Counted from the stretch's first letter, positions 22,201-32,519 are shown. The stretch: 64,000 bases of DNA from Candidatus Moanibacter sp. (GCA_965215885.1 CBDCEW010000101.1:1-64000), one strand, 5' to 3'. Notes: generated by a model from the letters alone, not told the origin. Translations and numbers: made by a program.

Positions 22201-22374
22201 AAGATCTCTAACTGGGGAGAAAATGGAATCACCATGAAACTGCAGTTGAATTTCAAGAATCTGCTGGAGGGCGATGGCATAACGCCGATCCATATCAACC
22301 CCGATGGGGTGATTTCGACCTACAGGATCGACCCGCCAAAGGCGTGGTTCATCACCACCACATTTGACTTCTAG
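19234..22374 (+). CDS. TonB-dependent outer-membrane receptor (Opitutales type)
   Basis: Signal peptide; ELSPFQV TonB-box region; GYEATDTLSGSRI, SISVVT.QFLED and DSYNTERLDINRGPNSILYG.GSPAG plug motifs; C-terminal TTFDF. Confidence 0.93.
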   Translation: MNAQKNHSTTPFWRSLISILSASALLLPATLAGQEEATEEEESEEILELSPFQVDERRVTGYEATDTLSGSRIRSDLIDIASSISVVTEQFLEDTSSVGATDVFDYMANTEGANQFAAAEGLGGGFPNENGLKRGANRARSLRIRGLTGPDNSRNLQLADRELSFDSYNTERLDINRGPNSILYGAGSPAGILNHQTKQARFHENSGQLKIRFGEYDDFRASFDYNRVIAGKDGDGQQLAIRLAGLYSDKGYRQQPSHEYDRRFYGTVAWKPFSSTLIQFNYEKIDINAAYPNAIPPGDGITPWIAAGRPLWNSSVDEGSPASVDGLGVCCPNPSGGRSMYHFFEPGQQQPFFTHQISSGDPGTNGSGTFRLAGSSTPFPGFSSPLRITDPNLFNFYDINLTPDGRSDLAADVYELTLDQDVGENLSFQFSYYRESIDTEGGLFATGRDYKILVDTNSHYLDGSPNPHVGRPYVQSAVALETPFGFRDRESYRVTGTYELDLTETNRWLGSHRLVGLFQDRWTDSYSFSNDSRELAPYLTPTPRSGQGIAGRWQYLGPDVNSIPDSLDLRIGNGPLQTSNVLYYDINTETWQTDTTGFESFVYPEAINRSRDDFKTYSFIVQSEMDLPLLDRAVVTFGWRQDESASRGGVNGGNITYDGPRPLTDFATLAELSDPVTPPARTTQTLGIVGHVLPWLSVHWSDSENFSPGGEAFNIFGEDVGSPLGDGRDYGFSMRLLDKKVSLKVNWFETTQLNNRVGRTVTVAYWRGWFFEVEELPRVVQALTDAGKSTQVFEPLTARGVDWCCPTARPSPRSLVTSSGNLAAKGVEIELTANPTPNWTLLFNLARQETVESDIAGGIVRWIDTLQPYYETLDVWTSTEPEALNIWTGATQKEAWTSLILGRTGSATVREGARSTEQREWRANFVTNYRFNEGGLKGFNVGGGLRYESEAAIGYRVEETAEGIPFFVADNPFTDDGTFDLDLWFGYTRKISNWGENGITMKLQLNFKNLLEGDGITPIHINPDGVISTYRIDPPKAWFITTTFDF

Positions 22375-22424
22375 CGAGGGCCAAGGCGCGTACGTCTATA
22401 ATTAGAGTTTGAACTTTAAACAGG

Positions 22425-22462
22425 CGGCCCCGCATCGAGCAGGATGCGGGGCTGTTTTTTGT
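22425..22462 (+). terminator. Rho-independent terminator after the TonB-dependent receptor
   Basis: GCCCCGCATC-gagcag-GATGCGGGGC followed by TGTTTTTTGT. Confidence 0.85.
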
Positions 22463-22813
22463 ACGTAGACCCGCCAGGGAACCTTTGTCGTAAGCTTCGC
22501 CGTCAACTCTGTCGTACTTTTCAGTCGATCCTCCCCCGACAAAGCTCGCGACTAAGCTCGCGACAAAGTTTGGAGAGAACCTCTTCCACCCGCCAGGGAA
22601 CCTTTGTCGTAAGCATCGTCGTGTTTTCCAATCGTTCCCTCGACAGAGCTTACGATTAAGTTTTGGGAGGCGCCTCGTCTACCCGCCAGGGACCCTTCGT
22701 CGTAAGCTTTGTCGCGAGCTTTGTCGATGTCTTCAGGCGGATGAGAAGGCAAGGGTGAAGAGTCAGCCGGCCGGTGGGGGCTCCGGGACAACTGCACAAC
22801 CCCAAGGGCGGCT

Positions 22814-23040
22814 TTACTCGTCTTTTTCTTCCTCCCATCTAAAACCGGAAGTCATGGTAAGAAGATGTCTAATAGTAATACCTTTTTTTTGCCCATCATC
22901 CTCTTGAGATTCGAGCTCGGGGATATATTCCAATACCCTATCATCGACGCTGGCGATGATACCTTGGTCAATGGCAATGCCGATCAAGGTAGAGACAATA
23001 CTTTTAGTGATGGAACGCAAATGAAGCGGCCGGAGGTCTC
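22814..23040 (-). pseudogene. Serine hydrolase (beta-lactamase-like) fragment
   Basis: SITKS (SxxK) ...GIAIDQG and ITIRHLLTMTSG; lacks both termini. Confidence 0.8.
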
Positions 23041-23136
23041 AATCTCATAGAAGTTCCCTTTGATAACTTTGAGCTTTCCCTTGGAGAAATGATCGGCCAA
23101 CCGCCTGGCACTGGAAACACAGGCATCTACGATGTC

Positions 23137-23505
23137 GCAACCACCGTATGGCCGGCAAGGGCTATAGCGGCAGCGTCCATGCCCCCACCACAGCCGAGTT
23201 CGAGAACGCGCTTGCCATTCCCGGGCGCCAGACGATCAACAAGCGCAGCTTGGCGCCCCGCTTTTTCCGGCAGGTCGCTCGACGGCAACCACCGTATGGC
23301 CGGCAAGGGCTATAGCGGCAGCGTCCATGCCCCCACCACAGCCGAGTTCGAGAACGCGCTTGCCATTCCCGGGCGCCAGACGATCAACAAGCGCAGCTTG
23401 GCGCCCCGCTTTTTCCGGCAGGTCGCTAATCGACAGCGTCGCCCAATATCCTGCACTACTCAGCCACTCGCGCTGCTTGGTGTAGAAATCTTTCACCCAT
23501 TCCAT
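23137..23505 (-). pseudogene. Class I SAM methyltransferase 5' fragment containing a 143-bp tandem duplication
   Basis: RVLELGCGGG motif I; 23137-23279 is repeated at 23285-23427. Confidence 0.8.
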
Positions 23506-23568
23506 CTACCTCTCTCCTTTCGATTCAAACCCCCGCTTTGTTGTACAAGCCTGGTGAGACCGTTTGAA

Positions 23569-24825
23569 TCAGGCGACCTTGAAAACATGCAGCTCACGGC
23601 GGTTGTAGAACATGATTTCGTCCTGTCCGTCACCGTCGATATCGTAAGGCTGCCCCCAGAAACCATAACCGGTGTCACCCCCATACAATGCCTCTTCCCC
23701 GCTGGTTGAGGGTCCGGGAAGTGGAAACTCGGCTACTTTTTCACCCAGGTGATTCATGAGATAGGGCCCCTCGCCACATGCCGGCGTGAAGTTGAGAACA
23801 AGATCAGAGCCTTCAGGGCCAACCCCCTTGACTGCGAAAGCCCTTCCTCTTCCGAGAGACTTTTCCCACAGGCGAGAACCAGAAGCAGACAGCATATGGG
23901 ATGGACCCTCAACATTTTTCTCAGAGACGTAGACAAGTTGATCCGGACAACCCGGGTCAAAACGTCCGACAGCATACCACTGCAAGTGTTTTCCTTTCAG
24001 TCTCCACCGCTCGGTGCCGTCGCTCGCGTCCAGGCAGACTGCGTCTCGACCACCAAACCAGAGCACTTGGAACTCATCGGAATTGTAATGGAGCTTTTCG
24101 ACCTTCACGTGGTCAACGTGCGGGCAACTGCCCATTTCCTCCATCGCGTCATCAAGGTCGGGGCGCCACCAGATTCTGTCTGCATTCGCATCTAGGCGAG
24201 AGACTCCGATAAAGAGATCGTCAATGCCCTTGCACTCAACGTCGCACGCCGTCAATTCGTGGCCGCCGCCGAAGATGTACTTCCACTCCCAAATCGGCGT
24301 CAGGTCTTCTGTGTACGCGAAGTGCAGGGTGAGAGCATCATTCACGATAATGTCCCGTTGCTCCCCGTTTCCGCGCAGGTCTGCAGAAAAAAGACTCCAG
24401 CAGGCACCTGTCTCTCGTTCTGCAGTCTGACGTCCGTCTTCTCCCCGAAGAAGATTCAACCAGACGCCCCCTTTATCCGCATCGGCAGTCACATAGACAA
24501 TCTCCGCCTTTCCGTCGCTGTCCAAATCACGGACCAGACATGGGGTAGCTGGGTAGCCGGCGTGGTATTTGCGATGTCCGCTGCCAATGGGTGTCCCGTT
24601 TTGCCACAGCACGTTCCCATCGATGTCGATGGCTGTGACGCAGTGAATCGTCTTCTCATGATTGTAGCCTCCAGTGGACGCCTTTTTACGGGAATCGTCG
24701 ACGCCTTGAGGTATGATGAATTCGACGTGTCCGTCTCCATTTATGTCCCCCGGTAGAACAACGACCTCGCCAAAATCTTTCAGGTCTATGCGGCTCAGGA
24801 GCTCGATACTCACTGCTTGCATCAT
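23569..24825 (-). CDS. FG-GAP-type beta-propeller protein, rhamnogalacturonan lyase (PL11)-like
   Basis: GDINGDGHVE, DLDSDGKAEIV and DIDGDGQDEI repeats; GGGHE and HVDH; no obvious signal peptide. Confidence 0.55.
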   Translation of the reverse strand: MMQAVSIELLSRIDLKDFGEVVVLPGDINGDGHVEFIIPQGVDDSRKKASTGGYNHEKTIHCVTAIDIDGNVLWQNGTPIGSGHRKYHAGYPATPCLVRDLDSDGKAEIVYVTADADKGGVWLNLLRGEDGRQTAERETGACWSLFSADLRGNGEQRDIIVNDALTLHFAYTEDLTPIWEWKYIFGGGHELTACDVECKGIDDLFIGVSRLDANADRIWWRPDLDDAMEEMGSCPHVDHVKVEKLHYNSDEFQVLWFGGRDAVCLDASDGTERWRLKGKHLQWYAVGRFDPGCPDQLVYVSEKNVEGPSHMLSASGSRLWEKSLGRGRAFAVKGVGPEGSDLVLNFTPACGEGPYLMNHLGEKVAEFPLPGPSTSGEEALYGGDTGYGFWGQPYDIDGDGQDEIMFYNRRELHVFKVA

Positions 24826-24991
24826 ATGTTCTCCCTCGATCAATATCAGTTCTGGTACAACAAGTTATTGGATAGATCCCTTTGATTATTCCGGAGTGTT
24901 AGGATGTCAAGTTCCGGAAAGACCGATTAGGGCATTTTACTAACTTGTGCTTCTGCAGAAAAAGGGATAATCGCATTTTCTGTCTTTTCCC

Positions 24992-25189
24992 ATGAAAAGG
25001 CTGCGGGAGGTATTGCAAACTGCGTTCGGTAAGAAGCCGCGGGAGGAAGGGATGGCGCAGCGTGAATTCGGGGACACCCTGAAGTGGCTGCCTTATTGCC
25101 TCGATTTCTGTTACAAGTACCGGCACCCGCCGCGGGCCGGGGAGCGTCAGGGCTTCTTCCCATTCCTTTGCCGGCTGTATATACCATAG
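24992..25189 (+). pseudogene. N-terminal remnant of a long-form integron-integrase-like tyrosine recombinase
   Basis: KWLPYCLDFCYKYRHPPR resembles the KWLRYYLDFC.KY N-terminal extension I recall from such integrases; no catalytic domain follows. Confidence 0.45.
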
Positions 25190-25198
25190 CGTGGTCAC

Positions 25199-26377
25199 AT
25201 GCGCACCACGATCAAATTCGTCGTTTCCTTCGCCGCCGTCTTTCTGCTCCTCTTGCTCGCCGTGGATCATGGAGCGGCCGCCGCCGGCCCGCCCGGTCCT
25301 TTTCAGCCGCAATCCGTATTACTGGAAAGTCGACCCCGACGGCCGCCAGCTGCCCTACATCGACCATCAGAGTTATGGCATTTACGATGTCGAGACCATC
25401 AACCTGAAAGGCATCCAGGGAGAGATCGGGATGCAGTTCCGGCACATCATCTTTCAAAATTACCAGCTCTTCATGTCCAAGCAGGAACAGGGCAATTACC
25501 GCGTGCTCCACTGGATCAGCGGCGGTGATGATGCCCGGTCGCTTTCCTTTAACCTGGCCCACAAAGACCCCGTGATGCGCGAGATACTCCAGAATCATCG
25601 CTTTCGGGTCGCCATGTCCCACGCCATCAATCGCGAAGCCATCAACGAGGCGATCTATTCGGGTATCGGCACTCCCCGCCAGGTCTCGGCGACGGCTATT
25701 TCCAAGTTCTACCTGCCGGAGCATGAACGGGCCTACATCGAGTACGATCCGGAGAAATCAAATCGTATTCTCGACGAAATCGGGCTCGCGGCCCGGAATG
25801 CGGACGGAGTGCGCCTGCGTCCCGACGGCAAGCCCATGGCGCTGCACATCGAGGCCGGCACGAATGTCGTCGGCGCCGATCGGTTGCTGGAGATGGTGGC
25901 GGCGGACTGGCAGGCGGTCGGTGTCCTCACGCAGCCGCGCCTGATCGTCCGGCAACTCTTCGACCACCGCATCGCCGCCAGCCTCGGGGATGTCAAACTC
26001 GGCGACCAGCTTGGCGCCATGAACCCGATACACTCGCCCAGGGTCTGGCTTCCCTATGAGGAGGTAAAATTGGGCAGGCCTTTCTCATCTGGCTGCAGAC
26101 GGACGGAAAAGAGGGCGAAAGACCGCCCTCGGAGATCCTGAGTCGCGCTCGGTGGATAGACCAGATCCGCCGAACCATGGACGAGTCGGAGCGAATCGGG
26201 TTATGGGGCGAATTGCTCAGGCGTAACGAGCTCTACCACATCGGGATCGTGGGTGATATCCCGTCCATCGGCATTGTCCACAACACCGTCCGCAACGTTC
26301 CCGAAGTCGCCCTCAACGCCTGGTACGTGCGCCGCCCCGGCGCCGCCGCCCCGGAGTCGTGGGCGATCGTGGAGTAG
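25199..26377 (+). pseudogene. Family 5 ABC substrate-binding protein, internally deleted and frameshifted
   Basis: Short hydrophobic start joined to RNPYYWKVDPDGRQLPYID...FRVAMSHAINR...EYDPEKSN.ILDEIGL; C-terminus continues in another frame (26177-26377). Confidence 0.8.
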
Positions 26378-26727
26378 CGCGGCGCGGAGACGCGGAGATG
26401 CGGAGAGGGGGGAGGGGGTGACGCAGAGATGCGGAGACGCGGAGATGCGCGATGCGGGATGCGAGAGGACAACAAACCTTTGTCGCGAGCTTCGTCGCGA
26501 GCTTTGTCGATTCGTGAGATCCGATGGGAGGGAAACCGCGGATTGGTTGAAGAGGGAGTTCCCAACGGATTCGAGAAGACAACGGATCTGCTGTTCAGCA
26601 GACTCTTCGAGATTGGGGAGAGGGAGACAGGGAGACGGGGAGAGGGGAGAATTTTGAATCCCGGCGTGCCGGGAGAAACAGAGAGAAACAGAGAGAAACG
26701 GAGAGGAATAGGGGAGGAAGAGTAGGC

Positions 26728-27097
26728 CCATCTCGGCGCCTCCCTTTCCTACTCCCTGGCTCCCCGCGACGGTTTCCCAGCTTTCCATCGGTACTATTAA
26801 GGCACTAAGACTTCCTTGCTCCATTTCGGGCGCTTCGCTTGCCGCTCGCTCAGCGATACTTCCTGCTCTATCGGTCTTCGCTCGTCTGTGCCCCGATACC
26901 AACACAGACCAGGGACTTTGTTTAACCGGTTTCGCCCCAATCCGGTTGTTTTCAGGAGGAGACTTGGGGATCTCCCGTGTTCCTGGGCTATCCACACAAG
27001 CATCTGCCCTGCTCTCTGATCCCGGTCGGGCCGCACAGCCCATGGCCTGCCTCGCTTCCTTGCTCGGACTTACTTCGGCTTGTGCGATGCTGCCCCC
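26728..27097 (-). mobile_element. Group II intron 5' remnant (part of DI to DIII), no RT ORF
   Basis: Minus strand carries GGAACACGGGAGATCCC and GAAGTC..AGTGCCTTAATAGTACCGATG.AAAGCTGGGAAACC...GGAAAGGGAGGCGCCGA, resembling bacterial group II intron DI-DIII. Confidence 0.7.
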
Positions 27098-27552
27098 TAG
27101 TCGACCTTTCCGCTCTCTTTCGATCATGCTTACCACGAAGCTTACGAGGAAGTTTACAATTAAGTTTGGGAGAGTGTCTCGTCTCCCCCCGTAAGGGAAC
27201 CTTCGTCGTCAACTTCGTCGCTCAATTCGGTCTATCTTTCGACCAGGTTTCGGAGGGGCTTCTTCCACCCGCTAGAACATATTAGAGGGACAGGCTATCT
27301 GTCCTACCTAAACGCAAGTGTTCATATTGCGAATGCCGTACAAGATTCAGAATCAAAAATGGATGGACGAAGTGCAGTGTATCATTCCGGCTGCCACGAA
27401 AAGCGGGCTCAGCCTGGAAATTTCGTGAAGTTTCCAGGCTTCGGCCTAGACGACACTCGAATTCGTTGACAGAGTAACCGATGGATGAATAATCTGAAGA
27501 TCGCCCATCCAAAAACGGAACGACCCGTGAAGATTGCGAACGAAATTACAAA

Positions 27553-28371
27553 ATGACTGACGAGCAGAAATACTTATTTGATATCAACGGATACCTGATA
27601 ATCGAGAACGTCCTCACGCGCGATCGCTGCCAGCGGCTGATCGATGCGGTCTATGAGGGGATCGCCACTCCGAACGAGGAATTGCCAAAGGGCGTTCGTC
27701 ATGCGAGTCATTTCAATGGCACCGATCTGTCGCTGGGTGATCTGACAAGTATTGGTCCGATCTTCGCCGACCTGATCGATTTGCGGACAGTCCTCGACGT
27801 GCTGCATGCCGTGATCCATAGCGAACTGCGTCTGGAGAATACCTACGCGCGGGTGCGGCGAAAAGGAGACAAGGGTCTGGATCTGCACGGTGGCGGGCAC
27901 TGGGACGGTGGCGGGCAAGATAGGCTGTTCCTCTACCGGCACTTCAACGGAGAGATTTTCGCGGGTAACACGGTCGTGACGTTCAACCTTACCGATGTCA
28001 GCGAGGATGAAGGTGGTTTCCTCTGTGTTCCCGGCAGCCACAAGGCAAATTTCAGAATGCCCGAATCCTGGCGCGATGTGAGCTCGGGCCAATTCGATCC
28101 AAACCTGGTGCGGTCCGTTCCTTGCTCCGCCGGTTCGGTCGTGATCTTTCCTGAAGCCCTCTGCCACGGAGCAAGTCCATGGAGTAGCGATAGAGATCGA
28201 GTCAACCTGTTCTACAAGTACAATCACGTCGGAATGAAGTTTCGCGATTTCTATCCAACCCCGGACGCCCTAAAACGCATGACACCGAACCAACGCGGAT
28301 TCTACACCGAAGTCGCCTCTGATTCTCGCTCGGAGCGCGTAATTTTCGCGGGCCGACCGAATTCCGAATGA
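27553..28371 (+). CDS. Phytanoyl-CoA dioxygenase (PhyH) family protein
   Basis: YLFDINGYLIIENVL, LHGG, GGFLCVPGSHK, GSVVIF.EALCHG..PW....R. Confidence 0.9.
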   Translation: MTDEQKYLFDINGYLIIENVLTRDRCQRLIDAVYEGIATPNEELPKGVRHASHFNGTDLSLGDLTSIGPIFADLIDLRTVLDVLHAVIHSELRLENTYARVRRKGDKGLDLHGGGHWDGGGQDRLFLYRHFNGEIFAGNTVVTFNLTDVSEDEGGFLCVPGSHKANFRMPESWRDVSSGQFDPNLVRSVPCSAGSVVIFPEALCHGASPWSSDRDRVNLFYKYNHVGMKFRDFYPTPDALKRMTPNQRGFYTEVASDSRSERVIFAGRPNSE

Positions 28372-28382
28372 GCCCGCCATGA

Positions 28383-29543
28383 TCAACTCCGGTCCAGGTC
28401 ATGAACAATCTCCGGAGGGATGGATGCGACATGGATCTGCGGGCGCCCGCTGAAATCCGAGGTGAAGACCAGCCACTTCATGTCCGGAGATGCGTAGGCG
28501 TGGGCGTGCGCCCGCTTGACGAGAATGGTGGTCCGGGCATCGCAGAGCACGGTGTTTTTTCCGGTCCCGATGGACCCGATGAGCAGCTTTCCGGACCCCT
28601 GCCAGTGATCGGCAAAAAAATAGCGGCTGCAAGGGGATGTCCCCAGATGGTTGAATTGGTAGCCCTTTGAGACAATTCGAGGCGGTGATCCCGCCTTAAC
28701 CCCGAGCAGATTGCCCTTTTCGGGCATATAGTCACCTTCGTCGCCACAGTAATACCACTCCTCGGGTGTATGCAACCCTCTGGCATTGGGCGCCCGCACT
28801 GTGAGCAGAATCTCATTCTTCCCCGCGATCCAGGCTTCGTGCCCCGTGATCGTGGGCGTATAGGGAAGGCCCACTTGCAGCCGGGTCACCTTTCCATCAG
28901 GAACGTCGAGCAGGTAGTCGGTCGTCCCTTCTTCTCCAAATATCGACTCCAGGGTACCGTCGGGAAGCACCGTGCATCCCCGGTTGTGCTGCACCAGTAA
29001 CTGCCGGCCCCAGGTGGGTTCGAATTGGGTGTGGGGATTGCAGATGTCCGGGTCCGTATTGATAACCTCGCGATCCCCTTTTTTCAGATCCAGCAGTTCA
29101 ATACCAAACATCTGGGGTTCCAGACTGAGCGTCACCCCGTAGGCATAGTACCGTTCATCGGGCGACACCGTATCCATTCCCCTGTGCCGGAAATCTTCGG
29201 GAAATTCAAAAAGCACTTCCGAACTACCCGTCGCGAGATCCACCCGAGTCAGTTCCTGACATTTTCCCGGAATTACATGGCGGTAATAGAAAATCCCTGC
29301 ATGGCTCATCCCCGGAGCGCGCAATCCTCGTCCCAGAATCTCGGTCTTCCAGCTCCCAAATTCGCACATCACGTACTCGGTATCGTTGGGCGTCGATTCC
29401 GGGCGTTTCTGTTCGTAGACAAACATCCGGGAATCCGCCGAGCAGTAGGGCTGTTCACAGTAGATATTGCACTTCTCCCGTGAATCGTCCGTCACCTGAT
29501 AGACGACCACACCATTGTCCAAAGCCTCTACTTCAATAGCCAT
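28383..29543 (-). CDS. Oligogalacturonate lyase (PL22)/TolB-like beta-propeller
   Basis: VYQVTD...NIYCEQP, HTQFEP, GHEAW, HAHAYASPD.KWLVFTSD.SG.PQI. Confidence 0.65.
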   Translation of the reverse strand: MAIEVEALDNGVVVYQVTDDSREKCNIYCEQPYCSADSRMFVYEQKRPESTPNDTEYVMCEFGSWKTEILGRGLRAPGMSHAGIFYYRHVIPGKCQELTRVDLATGSSEVLFEFPEDFRHRGMDTVSPDERYYAYGVTLSLEPQMFGIELLDLKKGDREVINTDPDICNPHTQFEPTWGRQLLVQHNRGCTVLPDGTLESIFGEEGTTDYLLDVPDGKVTRLQVGLPYTPTITGHEAWIAGKNEILLTVRAPNARGLHTPEEWYYCGDEGDYMPEKGNLLGVKAGSPPRIVSKGYQFNHLGTSPCSRYFFADHWQGSGKLLIGSIGTGKNTVLCDARTTILVKRAHAHAYASPDMKWLVFTSDFSGRPQIHVASIPPEIVHDLDRS

Positions 29544-29636
29544 AGCCCGCTTTCTTTACGTATTTTCGTTGCCTCTGTTGCACCGTATTCCTCTTGCCAA
29601 TTCCTTGCTGACTGCCGGCCCCGAAAAGCGGGCTGG

Positions 29637-30698
29637 TTACTTCTCAAACTCGCTTCGATTGCCAAAACTTTGGACCTTTCCTTGCACTGCCCTTTCGGAC
29701 ATCTCCAGCGACAACTTGCGCGCGATCACACTGTCCGCGGGCGTAGGCAGTCGCGATGCGTCTCCAGTATCGAGAGCGCGCGCGAATTCATCGTAGTAAA
29801 TGTCCAGCTTCTTTCCTCCGTAGGGCATGGTGCGATCGACTGTCCTGGTTCGCCCGTGCATCTGGAGCGTGACTGTCTTGAAATCGTGCGTCAGCCGAAT
29901 TACGCCGGACGAACCTATAAATTGCTGCCCGCAATGGGCGATCCGCTCATCTGCGAAAGTAGCGTAGGAAAAACTATTGTTCAATTCAAAGACGATACCG
30001 TTCTCAAATGTGCCGTGAACCAGAAAATGGTTCTCATAGAGAGAATCGAAAAACCGAGCCGCGCGCACCGAGTACTCCTTTACTTCGCTTCCCGCGAACC
30101 AGCGTGCGACGTCTACATAATGCATTCCACAGAAGGTCAGGACGTGTCCCTCCACGGCATAGTCCTGTCGGAATTCATCGAGACGTTCGTTGGGATCGGT
30201 GAACCGGCGGCCAGGGGTACAGTGATCGATTCTGATAACGGCGAGCTGACCGATTTCTCCGGAGGCAATGAACTCCCTCGCCATATGCAAATAGGAAGCA
30301 TTCCTGTTGAAGAGATTTGCCGCAACTAGAAGGTCCGAGTGGTTGATGTCGCTGAGGAGCGCGTCTTCTTCCTCCGGAGTGGAAGCGAGCGGTTTCTCTG
30401 CCAGCACGTGCTTGCCCGCCTGGAGCGCCGCGCGGATGAGCGCCGGACGCGCGTCGGAAAGGGTGTTGACGCTTATCGCATCGATCACTGGATCTTGCAG
30501 GATGTGCGAACAGTCCCGGGTGCAATTCGCCCCGGGTGCGTGCTCAGCGGCCGCTTGCAATCGGCTCTCATCGAGATCGCACACATAGCGCAGAATCCAT
30601 CGCGGGTGCTCGGCCAGGGTCCTTATATGTGCCATGCCCATGTTTCCCGCCCCAATGGAGCCGATTGCGTACTTTACGGGTGAATTCGCTTCAGGCAT
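29637..30698 (-). CDS. Gfo/Idh/MocA family oxidoreductase
   Basis: IGAGNMG Rossmann motif; AGKHVLAEKP; H.VD. Confidence 0.92.
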   Translation of the reverse strand: MPEANSPVKYAIGSIGAGNMGMAHIRTLAEHPRWILRYVCDLDESRLQAAAEHAPGANCTRDCSHILQDPVIDAISVNTLSDARPALIRAALQAGKHVLAEKPLASTPEEEDALLSDINHSDLLVAANLFNRNASYLHMAREFIASGEIGQLAVIRIDHCTPGRRFTDPNERLDEFRQDYAVEGHVLTFCGMHYVDVARWFAGSEVKEYSVRAARFFDSLYENHFLVHGTFENGIVFELNNSFSYATFADERIAHCGQQFIGSSGVIRLTHDFKTVTLQMHGRTRTVDRTMPYGGKKLDIYYDEFARALDTGDASRLPTPADSVIARKLSLEMSERAVQGKVQSFGNRSEFEK

Positions 30699-30815
30699 TG
30701 GCTTCGTACTACTCGCCTTGAGAGTCTAAGTTCCCGTATGCGTTTTGCAAGATAAGAGAAATGTCCTCAAAGCCCGCGAAGATTCAGCACTTAAGTTCTC
30801 TGATTCGATGTTCAT

Positions 30816-30896
30816 GTAGCCGCGGCCGCCAAGGACGCGGTCGATAAGAACATGATCGCTGGCCCATCCGTTCGCGTCCTTAGCGGTCGCGGCTAG
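30816..30896. repeat. GTAG-type REP doublet (REPIN-like); second copy at 34214-34293
   Basis: GTAGCCGCGGCCGCYAAGGACGCGG ... CGCGTCCTTAGCGGYCRCGGCTA(C/G) at both sites, with different spacers. Confidence 0.85.
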
Positions 30897-31023
30897 ACCT
30901 TTCTCGTTCTGATTGATCGACAAAGCCGCCGACTAAGCTTACGCCGCGCCGTGAAAGAATCGCGAGAGCGGATCGCCTGGAACTGCGGGGGTGCGGTCGG
31001 GTAACCGGCCGCACTACCCGGAA

Positions 31024-31500
31024 TTAAGCTTGGAGGGAGCTTTTTCTACCCGTATGGGAATCTTCGTCACGAACCTTGCAAATCCGATCCGTCCGAGGCA
31101 CTCGGACGTTGGGAACCGAGCGAAGCGCATCTGCGAATGCGTCCGCGGAATAACCTTTTGCCCCCTCTGTGAAAAAATCGCGCGTCTCCTTACGCACAAC
31201 CTCGTTCGACACGGAATTAACGAGAAATGCGTTCAGAGACACTCCCTCTCTCGCTGCCAGCTCTTTTACCCGGTCATGAATGTCGTTCGGCATCCTGATC
31301 TGGATTGCTTCGATCTGTGCTTCCGTCAGCTTCGTTCTTCCCTCCCTTATTGCCGCCAGCATCTGCTCGCGATATTCGATAAATAAGGCAACCGAAATCC
31401 CCAAATGAAATCGTCTCAATGGTAGTTCTGAAAGAAGTGCAAAACTTGCCCCGCCCCGGCAACAATCCTGCCAGCGACCGCGGTGAGAAATAACTCTCAA
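31024..31500 (-). pseudogene. PIN toxin 5' fragment fused in frame to an RHH/HicB-like antitoxin
   Basis: GASFALL...GISVALFIEY (PIN-like) runs directly into IQIRMPNDIHDRVKELAAREGVSLNAFL (RHH). Confidence 0.65.
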
Positions 31501-31524
31501 TCGGCTACACGGGGAACCTAATAC

Positions 31525-31790
31525 ATGACTTGCGTGCCGATGCATATCGTCGAGCCGTTCGAGGACTGCAGCGACGTGCTGATGTTTCACAGCCTGACCA
31601 TCCACCAAGGCCGCGACAATGTGACCGCCGATACCATTCGTCTTTCGACCAGTGCCCGCTATCAACCAGAGGCTGAACCTGTGGACAAGCTCGCCCTTGG
31701 ACCGCAGAGAAGGTGGGCCGAATGGGAGGAACTATTCGCCGACTGGGCCCCGGACGATCCACTCAAGCACTACTGGCAGCCCTACCCCTC
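31525..31790 (+). pseudogene. PhyH family C-terminal fragment
   Basis: DVLMFHSLTIHQG..N....IRLS...RYQP. Confidence 0.75.
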
Positions 31791-32119
31791 AATGTGCGGC
31801 GCATCTCCTTCTGATAAGCGGCCCATTCGCGCCAATCGCGCATTTCCCGTTCCGGGTTCGATCGGCTGCGTGCGATGAATCCGGGAACCAACGTTTGCCT
31901 GGGCATGCCGGCGCTCTGCCCCATCTTATGGCTGGTGGGTTGATAACGCAGATCAAAGCTGAAACGAAGCTGATCGCTCAAATGGCGAAGCGAGCCGTGT
32001 TGCATCCTGCGGTGGTGGAAATGGACGTCACCGGCCTTCATTTCCACGTAGTGTCGTCGCTCACCCAGCATCATCTCGGGGATGCCTACTCTGCGGCTGT
32101 CGCTGCTGCCACAGTGCAA
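31790..32119 (-). pseudogene. Second PhyH family C-terminal fragment, convergent with the first
   Basis: EMKAGDVHFHH..MQHGS......LRFSFDLRYQP...PGFIARSR. Confidence 0.75.
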
Positions 32120-32239
32120 TGACAGCCCCCTTTATGGCTGCCGGGCACCACCTGCAAACAGCCCATGTCCTTGCGCGCGTCGGTCAGTGGTAACCAGACG
32201 GGTGAGCATATCGACGTCGGAGAAGACCCAAGTCTGGAT

Positions 32240-32385
32240 GATCCTGGAACCAACGATCGCGCCTTCTGCGTCGGGACCGACCTGAAAGACAGGGCGGAAT
32301 ACGGTTGGGATAATCACCCGAATACGAGCTTTGCCCGATTGACGGAGCCTTTCGACCTCACCAAACCCGTTGTAGCATTGAAAAA
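32240..32385 (+). pseudogene. Enoyl-CoA hydratase fragment
   Basis: DRAFCVGTDLK...FARLT..FDLTKPVVA. Confidence 0.6.
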
Positions 32386-32519
32386 GCACCACTTAGCAAC
32401 AGTTGTCTAGAACCTATCTCAAATTCGAAGATGCGCGATTTTCGGAGCGCCACAAGGGCCGATGCCAGACGATTAGAAGAAATCCCAAAAAGAGAAATTT
32501 TCTCCATCTCCGAAGCTAA

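Noticed and set aside
26201..27136. 311-aa ORF
   Set aside because: It spans the intron remnant and microrepeats and has no protein-family features.
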